Below the pieces are notes generated by a model that saw only the letters and a program-made list of their open reading frames with translations, made no database searches and had not been told where the DNA came from. This document shows positions 59,238-64,000 of a stretch of DNA of 64,000 nucleotides, piece by piece (the first letter of the stretch is position 1; every line of letters starts with the position of its first letter). Source of the stretch: the human T2T-CHM13v2.0 reference genome, Homo sapiens; NCBI RefSeq assembly GCF_009914755.1, contig NC_060941.1. The stretch is one strand, 5' to 3'. The translations under genes were made by a program, and so were the position numbers.

Positions 59238-59823
59238 GTGGCCAAGGCATCACATCATGGCATTTTACTCAGGACAAGACACTTTGCCATCTAGCATGTG
59301 AACTGATCTTCCACACCACCACGTGGGGGAGTCAGGAAGGAGAGAGTTATTCCCAGTTTTCTAGGTTGGATCCGCAGAGTTAAGCAACTCATCCAAGATC
59401 ATGCTGCTAATAAGCTAGAATTTGAACCTTGGTTTCCAACTTCCAATTTGGGACCCCTTTCATGCCACCTGCCCTTTCCTGTAAATGGTGCGTCTGATCC
59501 AGACAGGACTAGAGATGGGTGGAGTCCTCTGGGCTTCTGCATGGCTGTCTGCGCTGTGGATCATGCGTCCACTCTTTGTCCAGGCCTGGACGCAGACTCA
59601 AGGAGATGCCCCATAGCTCTCAATGCACGTATTAAAGTGGAAAAGCAGGAGACATGGCTTTTAGAGACTAACAGCTGGAACTGTCAGAATGCCACACTGT
59701 AGACTTGACCCATGACCCCTCCGAAACTGTTTATTGAGTTGACATGACACCAGCACAAGGTAAAGGCTGAAGAACCCTGAGAAAGTAGCACAAAACATCA
59801 CAGGGAGCATCTTAGCCCCCTGA

Positions 59824-60205
<382 letters not shown>

Positions 60206-60338
60206 CAAGACCCGCATTTCTGAAACACCAACCAAGAAGAGGGGTCAGGCAGCCAAAGCCCCCAAATGCACTTGTACCATAAGTTGTGGGGTCTCTCCAG
60301 GCACCGTCCAGGAAAGCACAACCCTAGAGTATTTAGAC

Positions 60339-60480
60339 CAGCCTTTTTCACAGTGTGTCCCAAGGAACAAGGGGTCTGAAGTTCTGAAACAATTTTGCAG
60401 TCAAATAAATTTGGGGAACTTTGGGTTAATTAAAATTAAACAGATTATTTTGATCCAGGGTTTCTTGGAACCTCCATCAT
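60339..60480. mobile_element. MER103-like hAT-Charlie fragment
   Basis: cagtgtgtcccaaggaaca...gtcaaataaatttggggaactttgggttaa. Confidence 0.55.
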
Positions 60481-60499
60481 CTTGATTTTAATAAGAACA

Positions 60500-60690
60500 G
60501 CCCATGTTGCCTGTGGCCCAATGTGCCCAGCACTGTTCCAATACTAACTCATTTCCATACTGCTATCCCCATTTTACAGTTCAGGAAGCCAAGACACAGA
60601 GAGGAGGTGACCTGCCCAAGGCCAGGAGTTCTGGTGTGATGAGACAAGATGAGCAAGCTAGAATCAGCAGCGACTCAGAGGCAGGTAGAC
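60500..60690 (-). mobile_element. MIR
   Basis: atccccattttacag...cacagagagg..gtgacctgcccaaggcca. Confidence 0.75.
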
Positions 60691-62018
60691 AACACAACAC
60701 TTCCCAAACTTACTCAACTCTGGATCTGCCCCATCCTTTGTTCTGTCCCAGAGCACCTCCTGGGACTCAGGTTCTGTGGAATATTTAAGAACTCTGGTTT
60801 AAGCAGCTTCCCTGACCGGCTAGCTCAGGTAGCTATCAGAGCTCTGTTCAACGGCACACCTAGAAGCAAATGCAAGTTGATTTGGTCTCTGAGTAGTGCC
60901 TCTTTCTTGTTCCCCAGGGAAGCTCCTGCGCTGTGGGGGGCCTGAATCCAAAGGCAGGAGCCCCTGGGGAAAATCCAAATTTTTGGCTGGATGGGGACCA
61001 GTGCTTCCACCTCTCTATCCTCTTCCCTGGGCCACCTTGAAGCAGGGAGCTGAGGAAGGTGGGATGGACTCCACGCTCTTCCTCCTCATCATGCTCCTGG
61101 CTGGATACCAGTTCTGGAACCTTCCAGCCAAAGGCAGAAAGGATTTTTCCAGTGGTTAGACTCAGCCCAGAGGAATAGAGACACTAATCACTTTGAGCAG
61201 CTGCCCCTCTGTCCCCACCTGGGGCTCAGCCACACCCACCATAATTTCTGACTCGATGTGATGCTTTGGCTGGAGTCCGCAACAGATGCATGGAGTGGGA
61301 GATTTTATTCCCAGGAGTCTTTGCCAGGAGATCATCCCTGGGAGGGAGAGGGGAAATGTGGCCTCAATAGAAGAATATCAATAGGAAACCATGGTGAGAA
61401 GACATAGTTGGCCAGAGCTGGCGATGGAGTAATTAATTCTACTTAAGTAAAATGTTACTAATAATTAAACGTACTAATTAAGAAAAATTGGATCAGCTGT
61501 TGTCAATGTGGCACAGAAGCAGGAGCTCCACTGACACATTCCTTGGGCAGCTTCCCGCTGGGAGTGGATGGGACTAGACGCAGCCCACATGGTCACCTTG
61601 GGGCCCAGGAGAAACCAGAGGAGCTGTGAGCTGGAGAGTCCTCTGTGAGAGGAAGCCACAGGCTTGGGGACATGTCTCGTAAGGTGACAAATCCAGAAGG
61701 CTAGGGAAGACTCCATGAGAAGGAAATCCAGAATCTGGCCCCAGTATGTCCACCTGTACAAAGCGCAGGAAGTCTGTGCCAGATAGGGACAGCAGAGAGC
61801 AGCTCTCAGGCAGTAGAGGGGCAGGTGAGATGCTTGAGAGAGACAGATCCCAGTGGATGGGAGATGAGACAGGCAGAGAGGACAGATCACGAATTAGGCA
61901 AGGACAGACATCTGCAGGTCGGCAAGCGAGTCTTCAGTGGTCGTAACTCAGGTGAAGTTGGGAGGCAGCAAAGTGTTATAGCAGGAGCTAGAACTGGAAG
62001 ACAGACGTACTAGCTAAG

Positions 62019-62241
62019 GGAGGGTTCCTCAGCCTCGGCACTATGGACATTTGGAGTCAGACAATTCTTTGTGTTGGAGGGAGCAGGGGCCTGTCCCAGG
62101 CATTATAGGATGTCTAGCAGCATCCCTGGCCTCTACCCACTAGTTACCAGAATTATCCCCCAATTATAACAATCAAAAATGTCTCCAGACATTGCTAAAT
62201 GTTTCCTTGGAGGCAAAATCACCCCCAGATGAAAACAACTG
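62019..62241 (+). mobile_element. MER20 hAT-Charlie MITE
   Basis: ctcagcctcggcactatggacatttgg...agcagcatccctggcctctacccactag...aatgtctccagacattgc. Confidence 0.92.
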
Positions 62242-62700
62242 AGCTGAATTTTTTCTTTTTTAACCAGCAACTGAACGTCACAAAGGTTTACTGCTTACTC
62301 CTCTGAAGAGACCTGCTCTTCAATGGGTTTTACTCCATACAGTCATTCAAGCCCCAGGCTTCCTCCCACTCATGGCTCACTGACCCCCAGCCTCAGGGCC
62401 CTCCACTGGATCATTCACATCCAGCTGGCCAATGAGCTCAGGGGCAGTGTGGAGAGATTGAGGGGCCAGGCCTGGAAGTGACTGATATCACTTCTGTCCA
62501 TGGGCTACTGGCCCCACTTAACAGCAAAGGGTGAACCTGGCTCAGCAGTGGGCAAGGAGGGAACCCCAGATATGATGGACAGCTACCCCCATGCCATGTC
62601 AGCTCCTGGTCCTGGCCCTGACTCTGCCATGGATGGCTCCTCTCACCTGGGCCAGTCCCTCCTCCAGGCCTCAGTTTCTTTCTCTTAAAAGGCCCCTTCC

Positions 62701-63085
62701 ATAAACAAAAGGTGGTCTATCCATTCAATGGAATATTACTCAACCATAAAACAGAATGAAGCACTGATATGGGCTACAACACGGATGAACCTCAAAAACA
62801 AGCCGCGTGAAAGAAGCCAGACACAAAAATATTTTATGATTCCATTTCTATGAAATATCCAGGATAGGCAAATCCATAGAGACAGAAAACAGGTTAGTGG
62901 TTGTCAGGGGCTGGGGGGAAGGAGAGTAGGGAATGACTGCTTAATGAGTCCCAGGTTCCCTTTTAGGGTGCTTAAAAAATATTTTAGAACTACATAGAGG
63001 TGATGAATGTACTAAATGCTGCTGAATTATACACTTTAAAATGGTTAATTTTATGCTATGAGAATTTTACCTAAACTAAAAAAAA
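62701..63085 (+). mobile_element. L1MB 3' end
   Basis: atggaatattactca...ggatgaacctc...gaaagaagccagacacaaaa...ggcaaatccatagagacagaaa...tacactttaaaatggttaatttta. Confidence 0.9.
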
Positions 63086-63642
63086 TTAAAGGAACTTCCA
63101 GCTGTAACCTTCGGTGAATGCTTAAGATCCAGGCAGTACAGGAACCAGGCTAGGGCACCCAAAAGTAGGAAAATGGGAATCTGTTTTCCCCGGAGACACA
63201 CCCCAAATAAATAAGAAAACAAAGGCCCCTAGTCCCCACTCTGCCTTTTGAGTCAATGCAATATAAGTGAGCTTTGTAAACTATAAAGCTCTCTATAAAT
63301 GTAAGCAGACATTATTACTGGGGCATTATTTAGGATCTCATTGTTATTCTGAATGCAGCCAGGGCAGGGCTGGACATGAAGGGAGTGAGCTGCATAAATG
63401 CGTGTGTATTAAGGGCAAGCCAGCACAGGGGCTCTAAATGCCGTGGCCCAGAACAGCCATTACTATTTAGGATGATGTAAATTAATAATGAAGCTGCTAT
63501 TTCTTGCTTCCTAGGTGCCCAACACTACACAACACACCTTCCATGCATCTACTCAGTTAAACTTCTCCGCATTCTTGAAAGGTAGTAGGATTAGAACTGT
63601 TTTAAGATGAGAAATAGAAAAGTGAAAGGTTAAATAACTTGC

Positions 63643-64000
63643 TATATGAGTTATCTATTGCTAAGTAACAAGTTATCCCAAAACTTAAACTGTGGCTTAA
63701 AACACAGTTATTATCTCACACTTTCTATGGGCTGGGAATTTGGGCAGAGCTCAACTGTCCTCTGTCTCAGGGTCTCTCGTAGGCTGCAATTGAGGGGCTG
63801 GGGTCTCATCTGAAGGTTCAGCTGGGGAAAAGATCCACATCCAAGCTCATGTGGTCATTGTGATTCAGTTCCTTAAGGGACTGAGTGTCTTGGATCCTAG
63901 CTGGCAGGTGGCTGGAGGCCACTCTCAGTTTCTTGTCACATGAGCCTCTCCAACATGGCAGCTTGCTTCATGAAAGTGGCAAGCCAAGAAGGCACTAGAA
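63643..64000 (-). mobile_element. MLT1E/F LTR running off the window end
   Basis: agttatctattgct..gtaacaa...gtggcttaaaaca...tctcatctgaaggttcagctgggg. Confidence 0.85.

Overview
Primate (human-like) non-coding genomic DNA, about 50% GC. I see no credible protein-coding gene, RNA gene, CpG island or CRISPR array; the long ORFs come from Alu, L1 or simple repeats, or are random-looking. The window holds 25 Alus (many with readable target-site duplications, TSDs), MIR/L2 fragments, MaLR and ERV solo LTRs, hAT MITEs, a Tigger transposase fossil, old L1M fragments and one 5'-inverted L1PA. Between these lie AT-rich, homeodomain-motif-rich non-repeat islands and an AP-1 cluster that look like enhancers, plus one strong minus-strand candidate non-coding exon (8382-8505). 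The most unexpected structure is local sequence copied into transposon fossils. A MER96B-like MITE at 27.7 kb carries an inverted copy of 38682-39522 that lacks both the donor's Alu and a 207-bp GT...AG-bounded segment (Pack-TIR-like capture). An 85-bp TATA-containing piece is copied inverted from one LTR into a neighbouring LTR, and two MLT1 copies share a 185-bp ~88%-identical tract. Repeat family names come from memory of consensus sequences and identities were counted by eye; both need RepeatMasker/alignment confirmation. I cannot assign the locus.
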